This document shows positions 12,861-26,874 of a stretch of 64,000 nucleotides of DNA, piece by piece. The position numbers were made by a program, and so were the translations under genes. Every line of letters begins with the position of its first letter. The stretch's first letter is position 1. The notes under the pieces were generated by a model. That model made no database searches. It was given only the letters and a program-made list of their open reading frames with translations, and was not told the origin of the DNA. Source of the DNA: Octopus bimaculoides (taxonomy: Eukaryota); the NCBI RefSeq assembly GCF_001194135.2, contig NC_068981.1, forward strand, positions 99,914,919 through 99,978,918. Reading direction: 5' to 3'.

Positions 12861-15800
12861 AAACACACTAAGCGTACACACACAAACACACAATTGCTCT
12901 GTCCATCTCTCCTTTTATCCACTAACCCACTCAACTAAAACTCCAACCATTCCACTGTCCAACCATTCAACCATTCATTGTTTCACTTAACTTCCCAAGA
13001 AACCCAATCTCTGAAAGCTTTGATTAGTAAACAATATGACAAACAAAACACACAAATAATAACGATAGTCAGAGCTGGTGATGGCAGTGGTGATATCAGT
13101 AGTTTTTTAATTGCAATGGGTATGACAGGGAAAAGGTATGGAGACAGTGGGTATGTGAAGGAAAAGAAGAGAGGGAGATCAGGTGTAATATATGTTCAGC
13201 TGTCTGCAAGGGAAGAGAGAAAGGAGGAAAGAAAGTAAAACGTGTGATGTGTCTGAGTGTGCAAGTGGACAACTTTCTCATGAAGGGTTATTTTGGGGAG
13301 AGCTGAACAAAGCTAAATGTTTCCTCTTCTGGTTATAGGATATATTGATGCAGATATTTTTTTTCTGCAATAGTCTCCTGTTAATAATTTATTATCACTT
13401 CAACAGTTCTAGAAAGTTTTCTTCATCTTTCTTCACCCACCTCCATTCTCTCTAATTTCATCTCTGTTTTCTCTTTCTTTCACTCTCATAATATTTCCAA
13501 TTCTTTCTATTAACCATCCCACTCTGTCGATATTTTTCACTATCTCTCTTTCCCATTGTTTATATATTCACTTCACTAACTCTCATGTATCATACTTTTT
13601 CTGCTTAGCTCTGAACTTTGATTTATTTCTTCTTTATTTCCTTCTACTTTTCTTCCTTTCTCCATCTCCCTCTCAGCCTTTACTTCAGTTCCTCTCCATC
13701 TTTCTGTTTATAGCTATATATCTTTTTACTTCTGTTTCTTCTTATTCTTTGTTTTTCTATATCTCTGAAATATCTTTAATATTTCTCTTTCTCTCTAATA
13801 AATACATAGCCATATATACACTGGCACACGTGTGAACACATTAATTAACAAAGAAAGAAAGCAAATGAGAGAGAGATGAGGATATCTATAAATATTAATA
13901 GGTATGTTAAATTTATCATTTATTCAGATCACAATCATGTATGTTTGTGTGTGTCTCTAATTGACTACAACTACCTTTTATAAATTTTTGACATTCTATT
14001 TTGTGTATGTGTAAGTGAATATATGTGATTGTGTGTGTATGTGTGTGTATAGACATACACATAAAACCACTTACACTCAATGTATGTACACATACATAAA
14101 ACAGAATGCCACAAATTCATAGAAAATGGTTGCAGCCAATTGAACTGACCACAGTACATGTCAAGTACTTTACCTTAATTACCTTAGACGGAGAATAAGA
14201 AGGATCTGAATTTAATATGTAGAGTCCATTCTCTTACCACTTTACCATCATTTGGAAAGTGTATAATAAGATTTTCTTAGACTAAACATAAGCCCAATGT
14301 TTTAGAAGAGCGTTTAAACCCCAATCTACCACTGGTGTTTTATTCCATCAACTCTTAAGAAAAGTGGAATTCAAGAAACATATTACATTTGGTTTATATA
14401 TATATATATATATATATATAAAGATGAGAATGTGTGTCTGTGAGTCTGTCTGTGTGAATCCCTAAAACTTGAGAACTACACAACCAATTTCATTCAAATG
14501 TAAAATATTAAAACACAATGTGTGTGTGTACGTGCGTTGAGTGAAATAAGCACACTAGGATCAATGAAATTAATGGAATTTGCTTACTTTCTTTTTATCT
14601 GGTATGTATTACATTGGCAGATATTTTTCTACCAATATGATACAGAGTGGTCAAAACTGATGTAAACTTAAGACATTTTGAACTTACAAAAATAGACTAG
14701 ATAGATATAATATCTCACTTGCTATATCCATGGATAAAGCTTTCAGCTTGAGTGAAAATGCAGTCAGCAAGCAATACCAAACAATAGCTTTGCTGAAGAA
14801 AGTAACAATGCAAATATTTGCTGTGAACAACAGTCAGTATGAATTTGGTTGCAAGAATGTTGAAATTGAATGCACTAAATGATGTGCATTGAGCTATGTT
14901 ATAATACAATTAAGACAATGTTGTGGCAGACTGCTTCTATGATTATTAGTGAATAACACAATTTCTAATAGGAAATTAACAGATCAACCAAAACTATATG
15001 TACATTAAACAGAAATGATTTATTTAATAAAACATGAGGTTTTGTTGATTAATAACAACAGTCTTGCCTACACACACACACACACACACACACACATACT
15101 TGTCTATAAAAACATGAATGACATATATAATATAGCTTTAATAATAAAAGGAAAGATAGACCTCAATTTAAAAAAAGTTAACAATGAATTAGCATGTCTT
15201 GAATATTACATGAATGTTAACAGAAAATTTTTTTTATAGAAGACAATGCAACAAGATTTCAGAGTCTACCGTTTGAGAGGGAAATATTCAATGAAAAATC
15301 TTATGAAGATGTGGGACTTAGATAAAGAGCCATCTCAAACATGGAATCAATCAGGTCCATGGAAATCATTATGTCTAAATCAGTCATGGGTAAACTGCAG
15401 GCCACAAGACTATAAATGACATGCCTAAAAAAAAAAAAAAATACCAGGTAGTGTGACTCACCAGATGATAAGCCATGTTTCATGTGGCCCACTTCTGGCA
15501 AAAGGATGTCCATACTTAGTCTAGATTTTGCCTACCACTCGTTAACTAACTGACACTCATATTATCTGATTGAGTTCTGAGAACTTTTCTCATCACAACT
15601 CAGCAGTTAAGCTGATATAGAAAATATTAGCTCTAAGATGCATAAATTACAACTCAGATTCCCTCAATACTTCTTGATGAATATATTTACAACAACTTCA
15701 AGAATCTCAAAATAAGTAAATAAATATTATCAGTAAACCGTCTAAACAACTCCAAAGCTTTGAAGTTCTACTGTGTTGAGAACAGACAAGATAAATCATG

Positions 15801-16139
15801 AACTAAACTGTAGAGGATAGTACCAAGTTTTGTTATGTAGAATCTATATATAAAAAACAGGAAGATATTTCAGACAGTAAAAAATCTTAAATGATAATCA
15901 AATAAAATTCTATATCAGTCCTTCCATCAGAGAACATCACAATCACTTAACCATGGGTGTATATGTGTGGTGTGCATGTGTGTGTATACATACACACACT
16001 CATAAATACATAGTAGTGATGATACACTAAACGATATACACAAAAATTCTTAGTTGATGGAAATTTTCCTCTCAACTGAAATACTGATTTCAAATTTTGT
16101 CACAAGGGTTGTACATCAAGCTCACTGCTCAATTTGCAC

Positions 16140-16275
16140 TTATTTTATCAACCCCAAAAGGATGAAAGGCAAAGTCAACTTTGGCAGGATTTCAACAAAA
16201 ATGTAAAGAGCTGGAAGAAAATGCCACTAAGCATTTTTGCCAATGCTGTAATGATTCTGCCAGCTTGCTGCCTTT
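16140..16275 (-). mobile_element. SINE family E
   Basis: aaaggatgaaaggcaaagtcaactttggcaggatttcaac...gattctgccagcttgctgcct. Confidence 0.75.
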
Positions 16276-16426
16276 CCCCTCAATTAAAATAATGGAAACA
16301 ATAAAGTTAGAATTCATTAATTACTTTCAAAGTAAAGGGGAAATATCTTTTAAGAAATTATGAAATAATTTCATGAAATTATATTGCATGCTCAGGGGAA
16401 ATCTGATTGTGTGTGTGAGTGTGTGT

Positions 16427-16464
<38 letters not shown>

Positions 16465-16739
16465 ATATATCTATTCATGAGTGTTCATTTTTTTTTTTTT
16501 TGTATTTATGTGTGCCTGCAAATCTACTTCTATATTTATATCTATATCTAGACAAATATAGACATATGAGTTTAACAGTTAAATTTACAAATTTTAAAAT
16601 TGTTGGGAAATACAACAAATGTAAAAGCATCTTATCATTTTCTTTGCACACAGAAAAATGTAGGAGATAACCTTGACAGATTTCATAGTTAATTAGGCAT
16701 TTCTCTTCAATCTTTTGACCATGAAGAGACTGTTGCAAT

Positions 16740-17045
16740 CATCGGTTACGATGACGAGGGTTCCAGTTGATTTGATCAATGGAACAGCCTGCAAGTGAAA
16801 TTAACGTGCAAGTGGCCGAGCACTCCAGACACGTGTACCCATAACATAGTTCTCGGGGAGATTCAGTGTGATATAGAGTGTGACAAGGCTGACCATTTGA
16901 AATACAGGTACAGAAACAGGAAGAAAGAGTGAGAGAAAATTGTGGTGAAAGAGCACAGCAAGTTTCACCACCACCCCCTGCCAGAGCCCCGTGGAGCTTT
17001 AGCTTCCGTAAGGAATGGGAAAATGAGTACATCGAAGCAAAGCTC
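16740..17045 (-). mobile_element. SINE family D, lacking the tRNA head
   Basis: High similarity to 38062-38350 (gagggttccagttgat...gtgcaagtgg...gagcttta). Confidence 0.8.
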
Positions 17046-19371
17046 AAGTGTGAGCAGGTTTTTTAGTATTAATGCTTTTACCTTTATACAGAGCCTACTA
17101 GCTGTGATAGAGTAAGGCTTGCACATTTCAATTAATTTCAATCTGAACCTGTAGCTTTCTTTTCAAAGGTCATATATACTTCACTAGTGTTATGATATTC
17201 TGCTACTTGTCATTTCTAAATGAGAAGGTTTGGTTATATAATCATTACTTGAATGAGTTTTCTATCATTCCAATGAAGCATTTCAGTCATGATGCTCTTC
17301 TCTGACAAAACTATGTCTTTGTTTAAAGTAAAAAATAGCTCATATGAATAGGTACTGAGAAATAACAAATGCAAAATTTAGTTGTCATTTAATGCAGCAT
17401 GGTAATTTTTTTAGTAGATATTTGAAACAGAATTAGCAAGATGATAGTATGTTTTTATGTTATTTATATCATATATTTTTTTGTTTATCAGAACTGACAA
17501 AAAGATTTTGTGTTTTTGTTAACGTTATTGATTTTTGCCAATAATTCTTTTTTGAAAACTTTTGGTTTTATCATTAAAAGCATTTCATCCTCAAATTGCT
17601 GCAGCACAATGTTAGATGAGGCATTTGTGTGTTTTAAACCATATTTACTTGTTGTTAATGTTCATTGAATGAACTTTTTTTCCCATAAAAGTTATGTTTT
17701 CCACCTTAAAGACTTAACAAAATAGTCCATCATCTGGATAAAAAATTAACATAGAGGTATATTTTTGAAATAAAGGTCATAAATTAAAGTTACATTTCTG
17801 ATTTCAGTGTGTGTGTGTGTATGTGTGTGTACATATGTATTTATGTATTCATTCATGTATAATCATATATATATACATATATATGTATGTATGTATGTAT
17901 GTGTGTGTGTGTCTGTGTTATAGATAAAAATTACAAGCACCTAATTCAAGATGATATAATACAAAATCTTAGTTATTGGTTAGCATAATTCTTAGATAAA
18001 GATTTCAGAAACCCACTTTACTATTACACTACTATATGAATGAGAAAAACAATCCTCCAATCTAAGCTTAATCTACCTAACTCTTACAAAAACTGCTGTT
18101 TATCAAGCATATGCTCTGTATTTTGGAAAATAAGCACAAGACTTAATAAGGTAAGTGAAAAACAACAATCTGAAATTACAACCATTCTAAATTTAAACAA
18201 TATTGTGACTCTGTTCAAGCTACTTTTGAAGGTCTTTTATGTAACAAAACAGTAAAAATACAGAATAAGGCAAGATCTCTGACTATTTATCGATCAAATA
18301 TCAGGTTAATATCACTATCTGTTCATAGCAATTGGTATTATCTTGCTCAGGTCGGAATTTCATACATAATACCCAGCTTAATTCCCAATAGTGGAAATCA
18401 GAAATCCCCAAGTTAAAATTTGGTCAAACTAAAAATAAATCATTCACAATAAAGACAGGTTGTCAGAACAGAATTAAGCTAAAAATGTTTGCTCATAGAC
18501 AAAACTGCTTCAGGTGTTGTTTTTAGTATTTTTTTCTGATTTTTCTACCATGTAGCTTACCATGGCCTGATAGTTCTAGAGAGGAAACATGACAGTATAA
18601 TCATGATGAATATTTCAAATTTTAGAAGATTCTGGTAAAAAAGAATGGAAATTCAAACACATGTTCAAAGGATGATTTAGAGTTGAATGAAGATGAAATA
18701 TTTCAAAGGGAAAGTAATAAAGATATGTCTTAAACAAGGAAGCATAGTTCTCAATCAGTTGACAGAAACAATGATGCACTATTAGTATTCAATAGATTGC
18801 CAGTTCTAATATCCTTGATTTTTAAGTGATTCTGTTTCTAGTTTTGCAGTGAAACCTTTTTTTTTATTTAACAGTCTATTTATGTGTTACAGGTATGGCA
18901 GTCAGGTACAAAAACTAGTTATCTCTGTTGTATTCAACGTTAACAACAATTTCCAATATGCCAATCAGTGCGTCACTGAATTTCTAACAATGGGAATGAC
19001 AAGTGAAAGTCATCCCTTTTCCATTTACTCTGACATTTATATCTTATAACAATATACATCACTACAATAATATCCATAAATGTATCCACTCATACGGTAT
19101 TGGCCAACTAGAGGCTATTGTATGATGCAATGGGACAGAGCTCTGAACCATGTCGATAAAGAACAAACTTTTTAACCACACAACCAAGCCTACACCTACA
19201 AATGAGGAAAGACTTATTAGTTAGTATGCATATCTTTAAAGTGACAATATAATCTAAACTAGAATGCTTTTGAACACAGGTCTGCTCAATCAGGGTTGGC
19301 CTAGAACTAACAAAACAGCAACAACTGTATTTCTAGGAGACTAGAATAGATTAAGGAACCATATATATATC

Positions 19372-19975
19372 ATCATCGTTTAATGTCCGCTTTCCATGCT
19401 AGCATGGGTTGGACGATTTGACTGAGGACTGGTGGACCAGGTGGCTACACCAGACTCCAATCTGATTTGGCAGAGTTTCTACAGCTGGATGCCCTTCCTA
19501 ACACCAACCACTCCGAGAGTGGAGTGGGTGCTGTTACGTGCCACCGGCACGAAGGCCAGTCAGGCGGTACTGGCAACGGCCACGCTTGAAATGGTGTATT
19601 TTATGTGCCACCTGCATAGGAGCCAGTCCAGCGGTACTAGCAACGATCTCGCTCAAATGTTTTTTCACGTGCCACTGGCACAAGTGCAAGGAAGGTGACG
19701 TTGTAACAATCACACTCAAATGGTGCTATTTATGTGCCACCAGCATGGAAGCCAGACAGCTGGTGCTCTGGCAACGATCACGCTCGGACGGTACTCTTAA
19801 TGCTCCACTGGTACAGGTGCCATCACTATTTTGCTTTCACTTGCCCCAACAGGTCTTTGCAAGCCAAGTTTAGTGTTCAATGAAAGAGACGTTGGCATGG
19901 GTGCCAGTCTACAAATTTAGTTCAATTTCGATTCCGATTTCACTTGCCTCAACAGGTCTTCGCATATCTGATGTA
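19372..19975 (-). mobile_element. RTE LINE 3' UTR with internal tandem sub-repeats
   Basis: (CAT)n tail and tttccatgctagcatgggttggacg end, plus repeated gtgccacc...ggcaacg...cacgct units. Same family as 29140-29600 and 50580-50865. Confidence 0.85.
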
Positions 19976-20199
19976 ATCTAGAACAGTTTTACATCTACCA
20001 AATTTTAATGAAACAAAACATTGAAAAACTCTTGCATAAGATGGTGCACAATAATATTGAACTCAAGTCCACATGGTTACATAGCAAGCTTATTAATTAT
20101 AGTAATCTAAATGCATCTTAAACTTATTTTGCAAACAACGCATATGATAAATTCCTTAACATGTTTTGATTGACATTGTAACTAAAGCAGCTTTAATTT

Positions 20200-20900
20200 A
20201 TAGGTGAACATAAATTCAACTGACAATCATGAATGATAAAAGGAATAGTTATATTATAAATATATTTAAGCTTCTTAATTTAACTGTTAACAAATTTATC
20301 ATTTAATATTTTGAAGTTCAAATGTTAAAGTAATATAACTGACAGAATTAAGAAAATATGCCAAAGAAAAAGTACTATACTGAGAAACTAAACAAACATA
20401 ATAAACAACTCTGAAACATTAAAAATAAAGTTGAAAATATCTTCCTGACTAATTCCTCATTAATGGAAAGCTGTACATTTGTTCAACTAAAGTAGCTGCA
20501 GATTTCAACTCTTTCTTTGTAAACATTGGGAAAAATTACATTGAGAAAGTTTCACAATTTCAAAAAACTTTTAGCCAATGCTTTAAAAAGGATTATGACA
20601 ATCTTTATGATGCCAATAAATGCAAATGTCATACATACTGCTACTTTTAGTTTGCAGCTGAAAATCTCCAAGGTATATAATGAAGTATGGTTAATTCTAA
20701 TCAAGCATAGCTCAGACTTTATAGTTCAGCCCCTTACTCACATTTCAACAGATTCCTGGAGCCAGGTGTTTTCCAATCGAAATAAAAATATGCAAACATT
20801 ACTCCTACTTTCAAATGTGAAGATTACTGGGACTTAAACAACTGTCCAAACAGCAAACTACCAATGGTTTAAAAAGCTCTAAATTCTTGAATCACTATCC
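20200..20900 (+). mobile_element. Degraded CR1/L2-like LINE ORF2 fragment (region just before RT)
   Basis: LRKYAKEKYYTEKLNKH; VAADFNSFFVNIGKN (IANxFNxFFxNIG motif); HSSDFIVQPLTHI; ANITPTFKCEDYWDLNNCP (KVIPIFKxGDxxxxNYRP-like). Confidence 0.75.
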
Positions 20901-20961
20901 TCTTTGCTGATGTACACTCTTCTGTCAAAATAATTTTAAACTTCAAATGTACTCTTCCTCC

Positions 20962-21150
20962 ACATCATCATCATCATTAAACATCTATTTTCCATGCTGG
21001 CATGGGTTGGATGATTTGACAGGATCCAGTGAGCCACAGGACTGTATTATGCATCATTTCAGCTTTGGCATGGGTTCTATGGCTAGATGCCCATCCTAAT
21101 GCCAACCACTTTACAGTGTGTATTGGGTGCCTTTTTTCATGCCACCAGCA
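20962..21150 (-). mobile_element. RTE-type 3' tail fragment
   Basis: catcatcatcattaaacatctattttccatgctggcatggg... Confidence 0.75.
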
Positions 21151-21512
21151 ACTAGTGGAAGTTGCCAAGTAACTTGTAAGAGAGGGAAGAACAAGAAAAG
21201 GAAAAAATGAGAAAAGGAAAGGACCTTTTGATGAGGTGGTGGTGGTATTTGACAGGGTGAAAGGGTGATTTTTATGTTAGGGACAAGCAGAGGTATCTTT
21301 CTATAAAGATACATGGCTACCCCACATTTATATAAGAGTAGGTGGAAATATCTAGGAAAAAGGTAAGGAGATAATGATAGGGTGTCAGAACAAAACACTC
21401 AAGAAGTAATTGTAAAACTTTTCCAAACATATCAAACATACTTCATTCAAATAAACTAACCTTAAATACACCCCTCAACACACTCACACACACACTAATC
21501 CAATAATGTTAC

Positions 21513-21609
21513 CTGAACAAAAAGAAGTAGTATCATTGATGTTACTGCTCACACATGAAATATTATACAAAGTTAAAAGGAATATCAGAAAAGGTGTGTT
21601 ATTTCCCAT
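21513..21609 (-). CDS. Candidate coding exon with signal-peptide-like translation MGNNTPFLIFLLTLYNISCVSSNINDTTSFCS
   Basis: Acceptor tttatcaccaaag|ATG, 97 nt open frame, donor CAG|GTAACA (phase 1). No homology recognised and no partner exon found. Confidence 0.2.
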
Positions 21610-23524
21610 CTTTGGTGATAAAATTGAGTGAACTCAATATGTTAATTTACTCAACCTAAGAATCTCAAAAGCTATCTTTGTTCTGAAAAGATGCAAATAT
21701 TTTACCAAATAATGCACTAATCCCTTCATTTTATTTTTATTTTATTTATTTATTTTTTTTTGTGAAACCACATGCAGCTTTTGGTATTGTAGTTTGGGAA
21801 TAATTTATGCAAAACAGCTCTAATCAACACACATAGACAGAAAAATCTGAAAATAACAGTAAGAGAGCATGCGCACAATTTATTTATGAATAAACAGAGG
21901 TATGGTTGTGCACATCAGAAGTTTGCATTGTAACTACATGTTTTGGGGTTCAATTCCACTGCAGGGTACCTTGGACAAGTGTTGTTTAATATAGCCTCAG
22001 ATTAACTAATATTTTATGAGTAAACTTTGGTACATGGAATCTGTATGAAAAGATCTCATGTTTGAGTGAGTGTTTACCCTCACAGGTCCTCTCACTGACA
22101 CATATGGGTACTGGTAATATTTGTCATGCATAAACAATACATCTGGCAGCTCAGATGTATTCTATGAAGTATCCCATTTTCATACTGGCAGGGGCTGCAC
22201 AGCTTGACATGAACTGGCAAGGCCAGGGGCTGCACCAGGTTCCATAGTCTGTTTCAGCCTGGTTTCTACAGCTGAATACCCTTCCTAATGCCAACCAGTT
22301 TATAGAGTGTATTGGATACTTTTTATGTGTCACCATCACCAGTGTTTTTTATATGTCACCATCACCGGTGCTTTTTATGTGATACCAAGCATTGTAAATA
22401 TGATGGACTGGTTTAGAAATGGTATATAGCTGTTAAGATATTTTAATCATTAAAAAAATAGTAATTCCTTTTCAGAGAGAAGGAAAAATAAATTTTGAAA
22501 AATGGATAAACTGCTTAATGTTATGCTTTGCTACTTTTCTTGTTTAGCAGTGGACTACTGAAAAATTTTACATGCTGCAACAATATACTGGCTACTCATA
22601 AAGTCATGTGACACTCCCACTCTTACTTCTGTCATTGGGTGTGAGGCAGGGACCACATAGAAACATTTTAGAATCCTGGAATGTCTACAAACATTCTAAA
22701 GTGTGGTGTTTTATAATTTATAAAATATATTGTGTAATTTTCACTAACTCTATAGAATCCTTGAATGTCTGCAAAAATCCAAGTTTATATCTGTACATTA
22801 CTGTATGTGTGTGTGTGTGGTAGTGATGGTGGTGGTTTAAGAAATAAGGATTTAGGAAATCTAGACAAATACCTAGTCAGCACTCCATACAAGATCTTGG
22901 ATTACAGAATGTACAGGTATGAAAATCAGAAAAAAAAGTTTATTAATCCAAATAACATTCCATACAAACTAGAAATCCTGGGAAGAATACTGATTATGAG
23001 ATTGGTACAGTAATATACAGTATAAAAAGGAATGAAAATGTTGGCAATTATTTCAATAATCTGTAGAATTTTGACATCAATCAACATGATGAGTTATGCA
23101 TACAACTTATATTATTCTATACAATATTGAACAAAAGTTCTACTAATCATTTCTTCAGACAAAGTTACAAAGGTAATGCTCATAATTTGTATGTATAACC
23201 CTTCACTGATTGATGTAAAAATTCTATTGGTTATTGAAATGACCATTATTGAATAAAGAATGTAAGACAGTCAAGACTATTGATAAGGTTGCAAGACGCA
23301 ACAAAAATTTTAAGAAAATAAAAAGAAAAATAAGTGGAAATTTTACCGGTGAGTGTGTTAAATTTTAAAGCACAATAACAAAATGACTCTCCCCAGACAC
23401 AACAGAATATGCTTGCTTCAACACACGAAATCACATAAAAAATCTTGCAAACCAAATCCAAATACGGAATGTAATACTGTTATCTTTATACCTTTGTTTA
23501 CTAGATACACACACACACATATAT

Positions 23525-23972
23525 GGCATATCTCCAGTTTGGTGACCTTCTGAATATGTTTCCCTATAACTTTCCTAAAAATACATATCTTTTAAATGAA
23601 ATTTTGCAGAAATACCTTGCAATATGTTGATAAAATTAATCTTTTAGTTATTTATTTTTTTTTTGGACAAGTTTCACATCAATCTCCCATTCCCAATATA
23701 CTTTCTTTAAAATTCTTAAAAAAGTGCATATTTTTATTATGTTGATGTTTCAAAAATATATATCTGAAAGAAAAGTAAAAAATTCTTAAAATTTCAGGAG
23801 TCAGTTGTAAAAAAAGTGTGGAATTGGGGAGAGAGTGGTCCAAAATCTTCCCCCAAAATCCTTTTCTTAAATTTTATCAATACCACTGCAAACTATTCCA
23901 CAGAAAAATAGTACTTTTCAAAAAGATATAAGAATCAGAATAGGTGGTATAATACCAAACTGGAATCATGCT
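23525..23972. mobile_element. MITE-like non-autonomous DNA element
   Basis: Imperfect terminal inverted repeats gcatatctccagtttggt / accaaactggaatcatgc. AT-rich non-coding interior. Confidence 0.55.
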
Positions 23973-23989
23973 TCTCTCTTTCTTTATCT

Positions 23990-23996
23990 ATCTATC

Positions 23997-24042
<46 letters not shown>

Positions 24043-24151
24043 TATATATAAATACACATATATATATATATATACACATACACACACACATATATATATA
24101 TACATACACACACACATATATATGTATACATATATATATATAAATATACAT

Positions 24152-24247
<96 letters not shown>

Positions 24248-24275
24248 ATATATATATACACACACATATATATAT
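23990..24275. repeat. Long compound (TA)n/(CA)n microsatellite
   Basis: Directly visible. Confidence 0.97.
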
Positions 24276-24612
24276 GTGAAAGTGCGTGGCTCAGTGGTTA
24301 GAGTGTTGAGCTTATGATGGTGAGGTTGTGAGTTTGATTCCCGGACTGGGCTGTGTGTTGTATTCTTGAGCAAGACACTTTATTTCACGTTGCTCCAGTT
24401 AACTTAGCTGTAGAAATGAGTTGCGACATCACTGGTGCCAAGCTGTACTGGCCTTTGCCTTTCCCTTGGATAACATCAGTGGTGTGGAGAGGGGAGAGGC
24501 TGGTATGCATGGGCGACTGCTGGCCTTCCACAAACAACCTTGCTTGGACTTGTGCCTCGGAGGGTAACTTTCTAGGTGGAATTCCATGATCATTCATGAC
24601 CGAAGGGGGTCT
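24276..24612 (+). mobile_element. tRNA-derived SINE (family B), full length
   Basis: A box TGGCTCAGTGG at 24287 and B box GAGTTTGATTCC at about 24330. A second copy lies at 26875-27102. Confidence 0.85.
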
Positions 24613-24628
24613 CCTCTCTCTCTCTTTC

Positions 24629-24659
<31 letters not shown>

Positions 24660-25967
24660 TGAAGGAGAGAGAGAGGGGTGGGCAGTGAGTGTGTATGTAT
24701 ACATGAACTTCCATAATGAGAAATACAAAATTCACATAGAGAATTATATTTTCATTTTTTTCACTTTTTGAATATAAACTTATAAAGTGAAAATATATTT
24801 TCCCAGTTATGTGTACAAGTTCTTATACACACTATATGCATATATGTTTAGATTAAAAAAAAATTGTTGGTCTGTCTCATACACACACAAACTCATCTTT
24901 CATTTCACACATATATGTATTTATCCACCATAAGTAGTCATTTATGCCTCTACTTCCCCCATGCCTGTGATTTTTCTCCCTCATATTGCATGTATCATTC
25001 TTTTACTCATTGTCTCTCACCAAGCATTCATGCACCCTATATCTTCTCTCTCTCTCCCTCTCTCTCTCTCTGTATCTATTCTTTATTCTTCTTTTCCCTC
25101 TATCTATATCATGTATAGTGTGACCAGATAAATCATTCAACCAACCAACATTATATATATTGGCTATTATTATATAGAGATATTAAGAAAAATTTTATTC
25201 ATGTAAAAATATGCATCTCTAGCAACAACAAAAAAAATGAAAATGAAAAGAAGTATATGAAGAATAGAAAGAAAAAATAAATAAAATGTTTGAATGACGC
25301 AGCAACTATGCACAACTGCATGTGCTTATACATACACAACATGCATACATATATACACACATACATATGTATAGATGCATGCTTACATGTTTTATAGCTT
25401 AATCATTCTGCCATTTTAGTTCAGTTTTGTATTTTCCTACTAATACCAGTTTTTTTTTTACATCTTTCCTTTTCTCTTATTTGTTGTTGCTGCTGGAGAC
25501 ACACATTCTTACATTAATATAATTTTTCATGATTATAACTTTTCTAAATTTTTCTTACAATTTTTTTCATAAAAACTGCCTACTTTGTCCTATCATACAT
25601 AATGCCCATAACTAGAATATTTGTCATAGATACTGAGCTTTATAATAAAGCCTTTAGTTGCATGATCAGCAAAGAAGTACAGAAGTCAGACTAGCAACAG
25701 AGAGTAATCTCAGCATGATAATAAATAACTCCACTTTGTTTAGTATTGAATATATTTCCTCCTCACAATTCAAATCTATAATATCATCGTCGTCGTCTGC
25801 TTTCCATACTGGCATGGGCTAGATGAGCTGTTCCAGTCTGAGCTGACTGCCACTTGAAATTACTGACACCTTAAATTGGTTAGAGGACCATATTTTGATT
25901 GCATGTTCTGTTTTGTCATGGTTTCTACGGTCAGATGTTTTTTTCTAACATCAACCACTTTACAGAG

Positions 25968-26005
<38 letters not shown>

Positions 26006-26011
<6 letters not shown>

Positions 26012-26866
26012 TAGGTGCGGTGAATATATTGTCATCTAAATTATGCAAAAATAAAAATAATATTGACATCTCATTTAACAGATATATTTACCAAAATTAC
26101 ATAAAAATATCTTGAAAATACTAAAGAGTAAATTTATTCAATAAAATCGCCATTGGCTTCAACCACGGCCTCCAGACAACTTTGCAATCTCCTGCAACTC
26201 TTCTGGATGGTCTCCTTGTTTAAGTTGGTGAATGCTGCCATAATCCTTGCCTTCATTTCATCTTTGTGCCCCACACATAATAATCAAGGGGGTTGCAGTC
26301 TGGGGAGTTAGGTGACCAGATGTTAGGGGTGATGTGGTTGCAAAAATTGTCTGACAGCCATGACTGGGTTCTGCTGCTTGTGTTGCATGGTGCAGAATCC
26401 TGTTGCCAGGCATAGGGTCTTCTAGCAGCCACCCTCTTGATCCAGGGCAGCACTACCTTCTCCAGGCACTTGATGTAGGCCTCCATGTCGAGTCTGAGAC
26501 CATGTGGAAAGATGAATGGAAGCATAACGTTGCCATCACTAGTGATCGCTCCAAACACCATAATGTTGACTGGATGTTTGATATTTATCACTCTCGGTAC
26601 ATGTCCTCAAATTGCACAGTTCTCAGTTTGACACCCAAACACAGTGAAATGTTTGCATTGGAGCTTCCAGCAAGAATGCCAAGCAGTACAGCATGGGGTT
26701 TCCTAATTTCTGGCAGAGTGAATTGCATCATGATGCTGTTTTTCTCCCAGATGGTGCCCAACTGATCATAGTATACAGTGTCGTCAACAAAAGGAAAATG
26801 AAACAATGTGCATATGTGAAAGTAAAAATATAAAATAGCAACAATTTACCCATTGCACCCTGTATA
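26006..26866 (-). mobile_element. Internally deleted Tc1/mariner element of the DD37D (maT) type
   Basis: ORF 26253-26591: IMVFGAITSDG...WQQDSAP...WSPNSPDCNPLDYYVWG, with 37 residues between the last two Asp. Imperfect TIRs tatactaggtgcggtgaatatattg / caatttacccattgcaccctgtata in TA context. N-terminal part missing. Confidence 0.9.
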
Positions 26867-26874
26867 TGTATGTG

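Noticed and set aside
15240-15525. Splice-like signals on both strands around a poly(A) run
   Set aside because: The minus-strand donor and acceptor imply a 37-nt intron, and the plus-strand frames end in stops with no recognisable protein.
18561-18631. Minus-strand exon-like segment (NLLKFEIFIMIILSCFLSRTIRP)
   Set aside because: Good splice sites, but the phase does not fit neighbouring candidates and the composition is typical of random AT-rich DNA.
19500-19850. CRISPR-like or regularly spaced repeats
   Set aside because: Degenerate tandem units of an RTE 3' UTR with no unique spacers and no cas genes, in a eukaryotic context.
20526-20837. 103-aa ORF and a GTGAGT donor on the minus strand
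   Set aside because: Lies within the CR1/L2-like LINE relic.
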